Assembly: GCA_964547735.1 (NCBI GenBank)
Contig: CAZJOV010000003.1
Span: 1 to 56,035 of the forward strand
Reading direction: 5' to 3'
DNA from: an uncultured Planctomycetia bacterium
GTDB lineage: Bacteria; Omnitrophota; Gorgyraeia; Duberdicusellales; 4484-171
DNA length: 56,035 bases
Under the pieces are notes generated by a model that was not told where the DNA came from, ran no database searches, and saw only the letters and a program-made list of their open reading frames with translations. How positions within the stretch are numbered: the stretch's first letter is position 1; every line of letters begins with the position of its first letter. Both the position numbers and the translations under genes were made by a program. This document shows positions 9,577 to 19,870 of the stretch, piece by piece.

Positions 9577-10274
9577 AAGTAAAATTAGATATCTTTGAAG
9601 GACCCTTGGATTTACTTCTCTATCTCATTAAGAAAAATCATATTGATATTTATGATATCCCCATCAATTTAGTGATAAAGCAATATAAAAAATTTCTAGG
9701 ATTAATGAAGAAGTTGGATATAAATATCGCCGGAGAGTATTTAGTTATGTTAGCTGAGCTTCTGAAGATAAAATCGAAAATGCTTCTGGCTAAAAAGGAA
9801 GAAGAGGAAGTTCCTCAAGAAGACCCCCGTCAAGATCTGGTTAAAAAAATAATTGAATACGAAAAATTTAAGGGGGCGGCTAATTTCTTGAAAAACAAAG
9901 AAAGTACTTATCTTAATCTATATCGCCCCGGTTTTGAATTTCCCAAAGAGATATATATAGAAGTTTCTATATTTCAGCTTATCGAGGCTTTTAAATCTGC
10001 ATTTAAAGAAGCTCCGCGGGATGTATTTTTCGAAATCGTCAAAGATGAGTTTACTATTGAGGAAAAGATGCATCAGCTTCTTCATCTTTTTTTAGAAAAG
10101 GAGATGATGAGTCTGGAGGAGATATTTTGTAAGGCGAAAAGCAAGATAGAAGTGGTGGTGTTTTTTTTAGCCCTTTTGGAGCTAATTCGTCTTAAGGAGA
10201 TTGTGGTCTTTCAGAAAGAACCCTTTGGCCCAATTTTTGTTTCTCAAAAGTCCTTTCTTTATTCTTATGCCTAA
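9573..10274 (+). CDS. scpA: Segregation and condensation protein A (kleisin)
   Basis: N-terminal FEGPLDLLLYLIKKNHIDIYDIPI and overall ScpA length and profile. No scpB follows. Confidence 0.88.
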   Translation: MKVKLDIFEGPLDLLLYLIKKNHIDIYDIPINLVIKQYKKFLGLMKKLDINIAGEYLVMLAELLKIKSKMLLAKKEEEEVPQEDPRQDLVKKIIEYEKFKGAANFLKNKESTYLNLYRPGFEFPKEIYIEVSIFQLIEAFKSAFKEAPRDVFFEIVKDEFTIEEKMHQLLHLFLEKEMMSLEEIFCKAKSKIEVVVFFLALLELIRLKEIVVFQKEPFGPIFVSQKSFLYSYA

Positions 10275-11289
10275 GGACGAAGAAAGATTAGTCGATTATT
10301 CTAAAGAGAATGAGGAGGATTATTCTTTTAATCTTTCTTTAAGACCAAAAAACCTAAATGAATTTATCGGCCAAAAACAGGTGGTTTCCTCTTTAAAAAT
10401 TGCCATTAAGGCAGCAAAAAAAAGAGGAGAGCCCTTAGAGCATATTTTACTTTCCGGTCCCCCGGGTCTGGGGAAAACTTCTTTGGCTTACTGTATTGCT
10501 TATGAAATGGGTACCAAAATTGTTACTACCAGTGGTCCGGCAATTGAAAGAGCGGGGGACCTGGTAGGGATTCTTACTAATTTGGAAAAGGCAGATATCT
10601 TATTTATTGATGAGATTCATCGTCTTTCCAAAGTAGTAGAGGAGTTTCTGTATCCGGCAATAGAAAGTTTTAAAATTGATTTTGTTGTAGATAAAGGGCC
10701 ATATGCAAAAAGCATAAGATTTAATCTGAAACCTTTCACTTTAATCGGAGCCACTACCCGAAAAGGTCTTTTAAGTGCTCCTTTAAGGGGCCGTTTTGGT
10801 ATTTTTTTTGATTTTGATTTTTATGAGCTTGACGAACTGATTCTGATTATAAAAAGAAGTGCTCAGCTTTTAAAGATAAAGATTGATGAGGAGAGTGCTT
10901 GTGAGGTAGCTTCTCGCTCGAGAGGTTCTCCCCGTCTGGCAAATAGACTCTTAAGACGGGTGCGGGATTATGTGCAAGTGGCAGGCGAGGAAAGGATTAC
11001 CTCTGAGTGGGTAAAGGAAGCTTTAGAGAAGATAAGAATAGATTCTTCCGGATTAGACGAATTGGACCGAAGGTATCTGAGAGCAATAATTGAGATACAT
11101 AAAGGAGGTCCGGTAGGGATTGAAGCAATTGCTGCTTCCTTAGGCGAGGATAAAGGTACTTTGGAAGATGTAGTTGAGCCTTATCTTTTAAAGAAAGGAT
11201 TTATTCGGCGCACTCCCCGGGGAAGAATAGCTACTCCTCTTTCTTTTGAACATTTAAATATTAAAAGGAGTGATAAAATTTTCTCTTAA
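10267..11289 (+). CDS. ruvB: Holliday junction branch migration helicase RuvB
   Basis: LRPKNLNEFIGQ, Walker A GPPGLGKTSLA, DEIHRL, and sensor RGRFG. Start set at ATG 10267 (MPKDEERL), not the 10201 extension. Confidence 0.95.
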   Translation: MPKDEERLVDYSKENEEDYSFNLSLRPKNLNEFIGQKQVVSSLKIAIKAAKKRGEPLEHILLSGPPGLGKTSLAYCIAYEMGTKIVTTSGPAIERAGDLVGILTNLEKADILFIDEIHRLSKVVEEFLYPAIESFKIDFVVDKGPYAKSIRFNLKPFTLIGATTRKGLLSAPLRGRFGIFFDFDFYELDELILIIKRSAQLLKIKIDEESACEVASRSRGSPRLANRLLRRVRDYVQVAGEERITSEWVKEALEKIRIDSSGLDELDRRYLRAIIEIHKGGPVGIEAIAASLGEDKGTLEDVVEPYLLKKGFIRRTPRGRIATPLSFEHLNIKRSDKIFS

Positions 11290-13328
<2,039 letters not shown>

Positions 13329-13336
<8 letters not shown>

Positions 13337-13676
13337 GCTATTTGCTGTAGAAAAAGAAATGACAGAGAAACTTAAAAAAGACTATCCTCAGTTTAGGCAG
13401 GGGGATATAATAAAAGTTTATTATAAGATTAAAGAAAAAGATAAAGAAAGAACCCATCCTATCGAAGGGATTGTAATAAAGATTCAGGGAGCATTACATA
13501 GAAAAAGTTTCACCATAAGAAGGATATCCTTTGGAGAGGCATATGAGGTAAGTTTCCCTTTTTACTCTCCTATGATTGAAAAGATAGAGGTGGTAAAACA
13601 TTCTAAAAGAAGACCGCGCAGGAAAAGATTATATTATTTAAGAGAAAGAATTGGCAAAAAGGCAATGGCGGCATAA
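13329..13676 (+). CDS. rplS: 50S ribosomal protein L19
   Basis: L19-like sequence ([15 protein letters not shown] ... [11 protein letters not shown] ... RRKRLYYLR) directly after trmD. Confidence 0.95.
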
Positions 13677-13755
13677 AGAAGCTATGAGGAGTCCTTAGGT
13701 GGATTGTTAGCTATGGAGATTTTTGTTTTATCAAAGAGAGAGTTTTTTAAAAAGT

Positions 13756-14106
13756 ATGAATAAAGGAAGAACTTATGAAGAGAAGGCTTCCCAATTTTTG
13801 TCTCTTAAAGGATATAAAATCCTTGAGAGGAATTTTTTCTCTTCCGCAGGAGAGATAGATATTATTGCTCAAGATAAAAGAAATTTGGTATTTGTAGAAG
13901 TGAAGGAAAGAAAAAAAACCTTTTATTCTCCCCGTGAGGCGGTAGAGAGAAGCAAGAGAAGAAAAATTGTTCAAACAGCTAAATATTATCTTTTAAAAAG
14001 AAAAATAAAAGACGCCCCCCTAAGGTTTGATGTGGTTTCAATTACGGAAGGTGAGAATTGGAGAGTTTATGAGCTTATTAAGAATGCTTTCTGTGTAGAT
14101 GAGTGA
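13756..14106 (+). CDS. YraN/UPF0102 family endonuclease-like protein
   Basis: GEIDIIAQD ... VFVEVKERK ... RFDVV pattern of the UPF0102 restriction-endonuclease-like fold. TTG 13723, preceded by GGAG, is an alternative start. Confidence 0.8.
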   Translation: MNKGRTYEEKASQFLSLKGYKILERNFFSSAGEIDIIAQDKRNLVFVEVKERKKTFYSPREAVERSKRRKIVQTAKYYLLKRKIKDAPLRFDVVSITEGENWRVYELIKNAFCVDE

Positions 14107-14620
14107 ATATTCAAAAAAATTTCAGGATTTTATAGAGGCTTTAAGTAAAAAAAAGGCACATCCCGGAGGAGGTTCTGTTTTAGCTTTGAATTTTTGTTTA
14201 GGGGTGGCTTTGTTAGAGAAAGCATTAAGTTTTAGTAAGATTGAGACCCCTTTATATAAAGAACTTAAAAAAGAGAAAGAGAAAATATTGAAGTTTGTGG
14301 ATGAAGATGGAAAGCTTTTTTCAAAAGTTTTGAGGGAAAAAAATAAAGAAAGAAAAAAATATTTTCTTAAAAAATTAGAAAATATCTCTTTTTATTTGGG
14401 GAAGACTTCTTTTAGAATACTAAAGATGATGAAGGAGAAAAGAAAAGAAGTAAAAAGGGTGATAAAAGACGATTTCTCTCTGGGGGCGAAACTTCTTATA
14501 ATCGTTATTAAAGGATGCCTGAGAAATTTGGAAGCAAACCAGAGATTATTTTCCCAGAGGACGGGAAATATAGATAAGCTAAAAGAATATATTAAAGAAT
14601 TAAGATGGGTGAAGTTTTAG
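14099..14620 (+). CDS. fchA: Methenyl-THF cyclohydrolase / cyclodeaminase-domain protein (FchA-like)
   Basis: HPGGGSVLALNFCLGVALLEKA is the hallmark N-terminal motif of the formiminotransferase-cyclodeaminase C-domain family. Helical about 170 aa protein upstream of folD. Confidence 0.8.
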   Translation: MSEYSKKFQDFIEALSKKKAHPGGGSVLALNFCLGVALLEKALSFSKIETPLYKELKKEKEKILKFVDEDGKLFSKVLREKNKERKKYFLKKLENISFYLGKTSFRILKMMKEKRKEVKRVIKDDFSLGAKLLIIVIKGCLRNLEANQRLFSQRTGNIDKLKEYIKELRWVKF

Positions 14621-15477
14621 ACCTTACTTCTCTAAGAAGTCAACTTTTTTCTCAAGTTGAGAAAGAAAGAAAAAAGATAAAGAAGAGGATAGCTTTAGCC
14701 TCTTTCTGCATAGGGGAGGATGCTTCTTCTCTGCTTTATATCTCTATACAAAAAAAGTTAGCTCAGAAATTGGGCGTTGAGTATAAACTGTATAGTTTTT
14801 CTTCAGGAGTTTCTTTTGCAAAAATTGCTAAGTTATTGGCCTCTCTTAATAAAGATTCTACCGTAGGGGGAATAATTATCCATCGACCTCTGCCGAAAAA
14901 AAAATGGGAGGCTGGAATTTTCTCTCTGATTTCTCCTTACAAGGATATTGAGGGAATAACTCCTTATAATTTAGGAAGAACTATGCTGGGAACACCTTTG
15001 TTTATTCCTCCCACAGTTTTAAGTATTTTGAGGATACTGGAGGAGTTGAAGATAGACCTTTATGGAAAAGATGTGGTGCTTGTAGGGTTTTCTCCTCATA
15101 TTGGTAAACCGTTAAGTGTTCTTCTTTTGGATAAATTGGCTACTTTAAGCATTACTCATATTGCTACCTATAAAAGAAAGAAGCTGCCTTTCTATTTAAG
15201 AAGAGCAGATATTGTTATTTCTTCTGTAGGAAAACCCAGGTTTTTAAAAGAGGAATGGATAAAAAGAGGAGCAGTAGTTATTGATGTGGGAATTTCTTCT
15301 CTAAAAGGAAGGATATGTGGAGACGTAGATACCGAGAACGTAAAAAGAAAAGTTTCTTTTATAACTCCTGTTCCTGGAGGGGTGGGGAGCCTGACTCCCC
15401 TTTATCTATTCCTTAATCTTTTTAAAGCGTATAGGATGAGAGAAGATGAATTTTCAGCAGAAGCTGGAAAACAATAA
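14605..15477 (+). CDS. folD: FolD-family methylene-THF dehydrogenase (cyclohydrolase residues substituted)
   Basis: Full FolD fold (GIIIHRPLP, TPVPGGVGSLT, VVLVGFSPHIGKPLS). The Y-x-x-x-K lysine is Gln (YISIQKK). Confidence 0.9.
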   Translation: MGEVLDLTSLRSQLFSQVEKERKKIKKRIALASFCIGEDASSLLYISIQKKLAQKLGVEYKLYSFSSGVSFAKIAKLLASLNKDSTVGGIIIHRPLPKKKWEAGIFSLISPYKDIEGITPYNLGRTMLGTPLFIPPTVLSILRILEELKIDLYGKDVVLVGFSPHIGKPLSVLLLDKLATLSITHIATYKRKKLPFYLRRADIVISSVGKPRFLKEEWIKRGAVVIDVGISSLKGRICGDVDTENVKRKVSFITPVPGGVGSLTPLYLFLNLFKAYRMREDEFSAEAGKQ

Positions 15478-16297
15478 CTTCGTTTATACTGTTGAGGTTG
15501 AACCTCCCAAGGGAGTAATGGTGGAGGATGTTTTAGGAGACATTACTCCTTTAAGAGATACAATCGATGCCTTTAATGTTACTGATATGCAAGCTTCTGT
15601 TATGCGAGCAAGTAGTTGGGCTTTGGCAGTGAAACTTAAAGAGAAAAAATTAGAACCAATCTTGCAGTTGACTGCGCGGGATAGAAATATTGTCGCCCTT
15701 CAGGGAGATTTGCTGGCCAGTTACATTCTGGGAATAAAGAACTTGCTTCTTCTTACAGGAGATACTTCTAAAAAAGGAGACCATCCCTCAGCTAAGGAAG
15801 TCTTTGAGGTTGATTCCATAGGTTTGATAAAAATCGCTCAAAAACTTAATGAAGGGTTCGACTATATGAGTAATAAACTAAAAGGGAAACCACAATTTTT
15901 CATTGGAGCAGCTTTAAATCCCTTAGCTCAAAACATAGACAAAGAACTGAAAAAGATGGAGGAGAAGATAAAAGCAGGAGCGAGTTTTTTCCAGACTCAA
16001 CCTATATTTGATGTGGAAAAGTTTTATAGATTTATGAAAAAAGCAAAAAGATTTAAGACAAAGATTATTGCGGGGATAATATTTTTAAAATCAGCACGTA
16101 TGGCTAATTATCTGCATAAGAAAATAGGGATATATATTCCTCCTTCTTACCGGGAAAGAATAGAGAAGGCAAAAGATATAAAAGAGGAGATAGTAAAGAT
16201 AAGTTCTCAATTAGTTGATGATTTGAAAGATATAGCTGCAGGTATTCATTTTATGCCTTTAGGATATTATAGCCTTATAGAGAGAATTTTAAAATGA
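15446..16297 (+). CDS. metF: 5,10-methylenetetrahydrofolate reductase
   Basis: MetF family: YTVEVEPPKG, LTARDRN, LLLLTGD, QTQPIFD. Confidence 0.9.
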   Translation: MNFQQKLENNNFVYTVEVEPPKGVMVEDVLGDITPLRDTIDAFNVTDMQASVMRASSWALAVKLKEKKLEPILQLTARDRNIVALQGDLLASYILGIKNLLLLTGDTSKKGDHPSAKEVFEVDSIGLIKIAQKLNEGFDYMSNKLKGKPQFFIGAALNPLAQNIDKELKKMEEKIKAGASFFQTQPIFDVEKFYRFMKKAKRFKTKIIAGIIFLKSARMANYLHKKIGIYIPPSYRERIEKAKDIKEEIVKISSQLVDDLKDIAAGIHFMPLGYYSLIERILK

Positions 16298-17166
16298 AGA
16301 TCTGTGTTATAGGAGGGGGGGTGGCAGGCTTGACTTTTGTGAAGAAGTTGAAAAAAATGGGTTTTAAAGGAAAGGTTTCTGTTGTAGATAAAAGAAGATG
16401 TTCCTTTGCACGGAAGGATATTTTTTCTCTCTTGAGAGAAAAAGATGGTGAGATAATAGATTTAAAAAAAATCTCCAGAAAAGAAGAATTTAATTTTATC
16501 CATAAAGAAGTAGCAAAGTTAGTTCCTTCAAAGAAGAAGGTTGTATTTAAGGACGGAAGTTCAGAAGAATTTGATATAATTGTTGTAGCCAGTGGCCTTT
16601 CTTCCAAAGATTTGGCTTCTTTGAAAGGAAAAAATTATGAGGGTGTTTTTTTTCTATCCCAGATTGACCCTCTCTCTTTAAAAGATTATTTAAAGATGAG
16701 TAAGGAGTTGGCAGTAATTGCTTTTACTTTTTTGGGGATAAAATTATGTTTTTCCCTTTCTTTTTTAAAAGATAAGGAGATAAGAATATTTTTCCCTCTG
16801 CCTTCTTTTATAAAAAGAAAGGAAAAGGTGATAGAAATTTTGGAGAAAAGAGGGATAAAAATCCATTTTGATAATATAATAGAGATTATTGGAGAAAAAT
16901 ATGTTAAAGCGATAAAGACAGAAAAAGGGAAATTTTATTCTTCCCATTGTGTTTTTATTGACAGCGGTTTTACCTCTAACGATAGGTTTTTTGATTCTTC
17001 AGATAACTTTTCTTCATTAAATGTTTATTTTATAGGAGATGTAAAAAATAAAAATGTAGAAAAACAATATTTATTTTTTAAAAATAATTTATTTTGTAAA
17101 AAGGAGGCACAAGAATTCGCCTTTTACTTTAAGAAAAAGATAATGGAGGCAGAAGTAGTAAGATAG
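16294..17166 (+). CDS. Truncated FAD-dependent pyridine-nucleotide-disulfide-oxidoreductase-like protein
   Basis: N-terminal dinucleotide fold KICVIGGGVAGLTF and late FAD motif YFIGDV. The second Rossmann GxGxxG is degenerate and there is no dimerisation domain. ATGA overlap with metF. Confidence 0.7.
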   Translation: MKICVIGGGVAGLTFVKKLKKMGFKGKVSVVDKRRCSFARKDIFSLLREKDGEIIDLKKISRKEEFNFIHKEVAKLVPSKKKVVFKDGSSEEFDIIVVASGLSSKDLASLKGKNYEGVFFLSQIDPLSLKDYLKMSKELAVIAFTFLGIKLCFSLSFLKDKEIRIFFPLPSFIKRKEKVIEILEKRGIKIHFDNIIEIIGEKYVKAIKTEKGKFYSSHCVFIDSGFTSNDRFFDSSDNFSSLNVYFIGDVKNKNVEKQYLFFKNNLFCKKEAQEFAFYFKKKIMEAEVVR

Positions 17167-17174
17167 GAGGAGGT

Positions 17175-18335
17175 ATGGCAGAGTGGATCGGTAAAGGAAG
17201 ACGTGCGCGTCGCTGTTACGGCCTTGATGAGATAGCTTTAGTTCCTGGGAAAGTAACAATTAATCCTGAGGAAGTAGATATATCTTGGGAGTTTGCCGGA
17301 AGGCGTTTTCCTATTCCTTTTCTTGCTTCGGCAATGGATGGAGTAGTAGATGTTAAGTTTGCTGTGGAGATGTCTAAACTAGGGGGAATTGCGGTATTGA
17401 ATTTAGATGGAATCCAGACCCGTTATGAGAATCCTGATGAGGTATTAGAGGAAATTGCAAAGGCTAATCCTGAGCAAGCAACCAATCTTATACAAAAGAT
17501 TTATACCACCCCTATAAAAGAGAAACTCATTGCTAAAAGGGTTGAGCAGATAAAGAAAGAAGGAGGATATGCTTGTGTAAGTTGTATTCCTCAGAATGCT
17601 CAAAAGTTTGCTCCTATTGCTGAGGAGGCAGGAGCAGATTGTTTTATAGTTCAGGCTACAGTTACTACCAAAAAACATCTCTCCACAAAGTATAAACCCT
17701 TAGATTTAGTTAAATTTTGTAAAGCAAGAAGAATTCCTGTAATTGTGGGGAATTGTGTGACTTATGAGGTGACATTGGAACTTTTAGAGACAGGTTGCGC
17801 AGCAATTCTTGTGGGAGTGGGACCGGGAACTGCCTGCACTACACGAGGAGTTTTAGGAATAGGTGTTCCTCAGGCTACTGCCACTATTGATTGTGCAGCA
17901 GCGCGTGATTTTTATTATCAGAAGACAGGAAAGTATATTTCTATTATTACTGATGGAGGGATGCGTACAGGAGGGGATGTCTGTAAAGCGATTGCCTGTG
18001 GGGCAGATAGTGTGATGTTAGGTTCAGCCTTTGCTCGCGCTCAAGAGGCTCCCGGGCGAGGTTATCATTGGGGGATGGCCACTTCTCATGTTAATTTACC
18101 CCGAGGCACACGTATATATGTAGGAATATCGGGGACTTTAGAACAGATTATCTTTGGGCCGGCTACGGTAGATGATGGTTCTCAGAACTTGGCAGGAGCT
18201 TTAGCTACTTCGATGGGAGCTTTGGGGGTACGCAATATTAAAGAGATGCATTTTGTAGAGATTATTATTGCTCCTTCTATCCAAACCGAGGGGAAAATTC
18301 TTCAAGTTGTGCAAAGAGTGGGGATGGGGAAATAA
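17175..18335 (+). CDS. IMP dehydrogenase-related protein without CBS pair (GuaB3-type)
   Basis: IMPDH TIM-barrel motifs (FLASAMDGV, VGVGPGTACTTR catalytic-Cys loop, ITDGGMRTGGDVCKAIACGA). 386 aa with no Bateman insert. Strong SD TAGGAGGAGG. Confidence 0.85.
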   Translation: MAEWIGKGRRARRCYGLDEIALVPGKVTINPEEVDISWEFAGRRFPIPFLASAMDGVVDVKFAVEMSKLGGIAVLNLDGIQTRYENPDEVLEEIAKANPEQATNLIQKIYTTPIKEKLIAKRVEQIKKEGGYACVSCIPQNAQKFAPIAEEAGADCFIVQATVTTKKHLSTKYKPLDLVKFCKARRIPVIVGNCVTYEVTLELLETGCAAILVGVGPGTACTTRGVLGIGVPQATATIDCAAARDFYYQKTGKYISIITDGGMRTGGDVCKAIACGADSVMLGSAFARAQEAPGRGYHWGMATSHVNLPRGTRIYVGISGTLEQIIFGPATVDDGSQNLAGALATSMGALGVRNIKEMHFVEIIIAPSIQTEGKILQVVQRVGMGK

Positions 18336-19870
18336 TGAAAGATACAATTCTTGTTTTAGATTATGGTTCTCAATATACTCAACTTATTGCCCGCCGAATT
18401 AGGGAACTTAAAGTCTTCAGTGTCATTGAGCCTTATAATATAAGTAAGGAAAAAATAAGAAAGATAGACCCTAAGGGAATAATTTTATCTGGAGGCCCTC
18501 ACAGTGTTTATGAGAAGAACGCACCTTGCCTGAATAAGGAAATATTGAAGTTGGGTGTTCCTATTTTAGGGATTTGCTATGGAATGCAGATTCTGGCAAA
18601 ATTTTTGGGAGGAGATGTAAAAAAGGCAAAGAAACAGGAATATGGGAAAACTATGATGTATATCGATGACCATAAAAGTTTATTTTTCTCTTTGCCGGCA
18701 AGAATAGTTGTCTGGATGAGTCATGGGGATTACGTGGTAAAACTTCCTCCAAAAGCATCATCCTTATCGCATACAGATAACTTAAAGTTTGCTTCTTTTT
18801 TTCTTCCTTCTCAAAAGATTTATGGCGTGCAATTTCATCCTGAAGTTGTGCATACTCAATTAGGGATTCAGATAATCTCTAACTTTCTATTTCGTATATG
18901 TGAATGTTTTGCCTCCTGGCAGCTTGAAGACTTTATAAAAAGAAAAGTTAAAGAGATAAAAAAGAGAGTAGGGGGAAAGAAAGTTATCTGTGCTTTAAGT
19001 GGAGGCGTGGATTCCTCTACATTAGCTGTATTAATTTATAAAGCAGTAGGCAGAAATTTAAAGTGTATATTTGTAGATAACGGACTTTTAAGAAAAAATG
19101 AGAAGCGTAAAACAGAGAAGATATTTAAAAAGAATTTCAGGATGAATTTATATATTATTAATGCTGCTTCTCTATTTTTGACCAGACTTAAAAAAGTGGT
19201 AGAGCCTGAAGAAAAACGCAGAATTATCGGGCATACATTTATAGAGATTTTTGAAAAAGAAGCAAAAAAGTTAAATGTAGGTTTTCTTGCTCAAGGAACT
19301 TTGTATCCTGATGTGATTGAGTCTACCTCCTTTTTTGGAGGACCCACAGCAAAGATTAAATCTCATCACAATGTAGGAGGGTTACCTCAGAAGATGAAGT
19401 TGAAATTAATTGAGCCTTTTCGTCAGTTATTTAAGGATGAGGTGAGAAAGATTGCCAAAATTTTAGGGTTACCTGAGGAGATAGTAGCCAGACACCCTTT
19501 TCCGGGGCCGGGACTTGCGGTAAGAATTATTGGAGAGGTTAACCAAAAGCGATTAAAGGTATTAAGAGAAGCGGATGATATTTTAGAGGAAATTATTAAA
19601 AGAAAAGGAATATATAAAGACTTATGGCAGGCATTTTGTGTGCTTCTTCCTATAAGAAGTGTGGGGGTTATGGGGGATAAAAGAACTTATGAAAATGTGA
19701 TTGCGATAAGAGCAGTTACAAGTTTAGATGGGATGACCGCTGATTGGGCAAAGATAGATGGGGATATTTTAGAGGAAATTTCCACAAGCATCGTCAATCG
19801 AGTTAAGGGAGTAAATAGAGTAGTTTTTGATATAACTTCAAAACCTCCGGCCACGATAGAGTGGGAATGA
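18335..19870 (+). CDS. guaA: GMP synthase (glutamine-hydrolysing)
   Basis: GATase-1 (GICYGMQ, FHPE), ATP-PPase P-loop SGGVDSS, and a C-terminus ending PPATIEWE. TAATG junction with the upstream gene. Confidence 0.96.
   Translation: MKDTILVLDYGSQYTQLIARRIRELKVFSVIEPYNISKEKIRKIDPKGIILSGGPHSVYEKNAPCLNKEILKLGVPILGICYGMQILAKFLGGDVKKAKKQEYGKTMMYIDDHKSLFFSLPARIVVWMSHGDYVVKLPPKASSLSHTDNLKFASFFLPSQKIYGVQFHPEVVHTQLGIQIISNFLFRICECFASWQLEDFIKRKVKEIKKRVGGKKVICALSGGVDSSTLAVLIYKAVGRNLKCIFVDNGLLRKNEKRKTEKIFKKNFRMNLYIINAASLFLTRLKKVVEPEEKRRIIGHTFIEIFEKEAKKLNVGFLAQGTLYPDVIESTSFFGGPTAKIKSHHNVGGLPQKMKLKLIEPFRQLFKDEVRKIAKILGLPEEIVARHPFPGPGLAVRIIGEVNQKRLKVLREADDILEEIIKRKGIYKDLWQAFCVLLPIRSVGVMGDKRTYENVIAIRAVTSLDGMTADWAKIDGDILEEISTSIVNRVKGVNRVVFDITSKPPATIEWE

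Noticed and set aside
13677-13755. Promoter or terminator in the rplS-yraN gap, including the direct repeat AGCTATG at about 13680 and 13710.
   Set aside because: Only weak hexamers are present (TTGTTT ... TTTTAA), with spacing to the ATG that does not fit the other promoters. There is no hairpin. The 7-nt repeat is too short to be meaningful.
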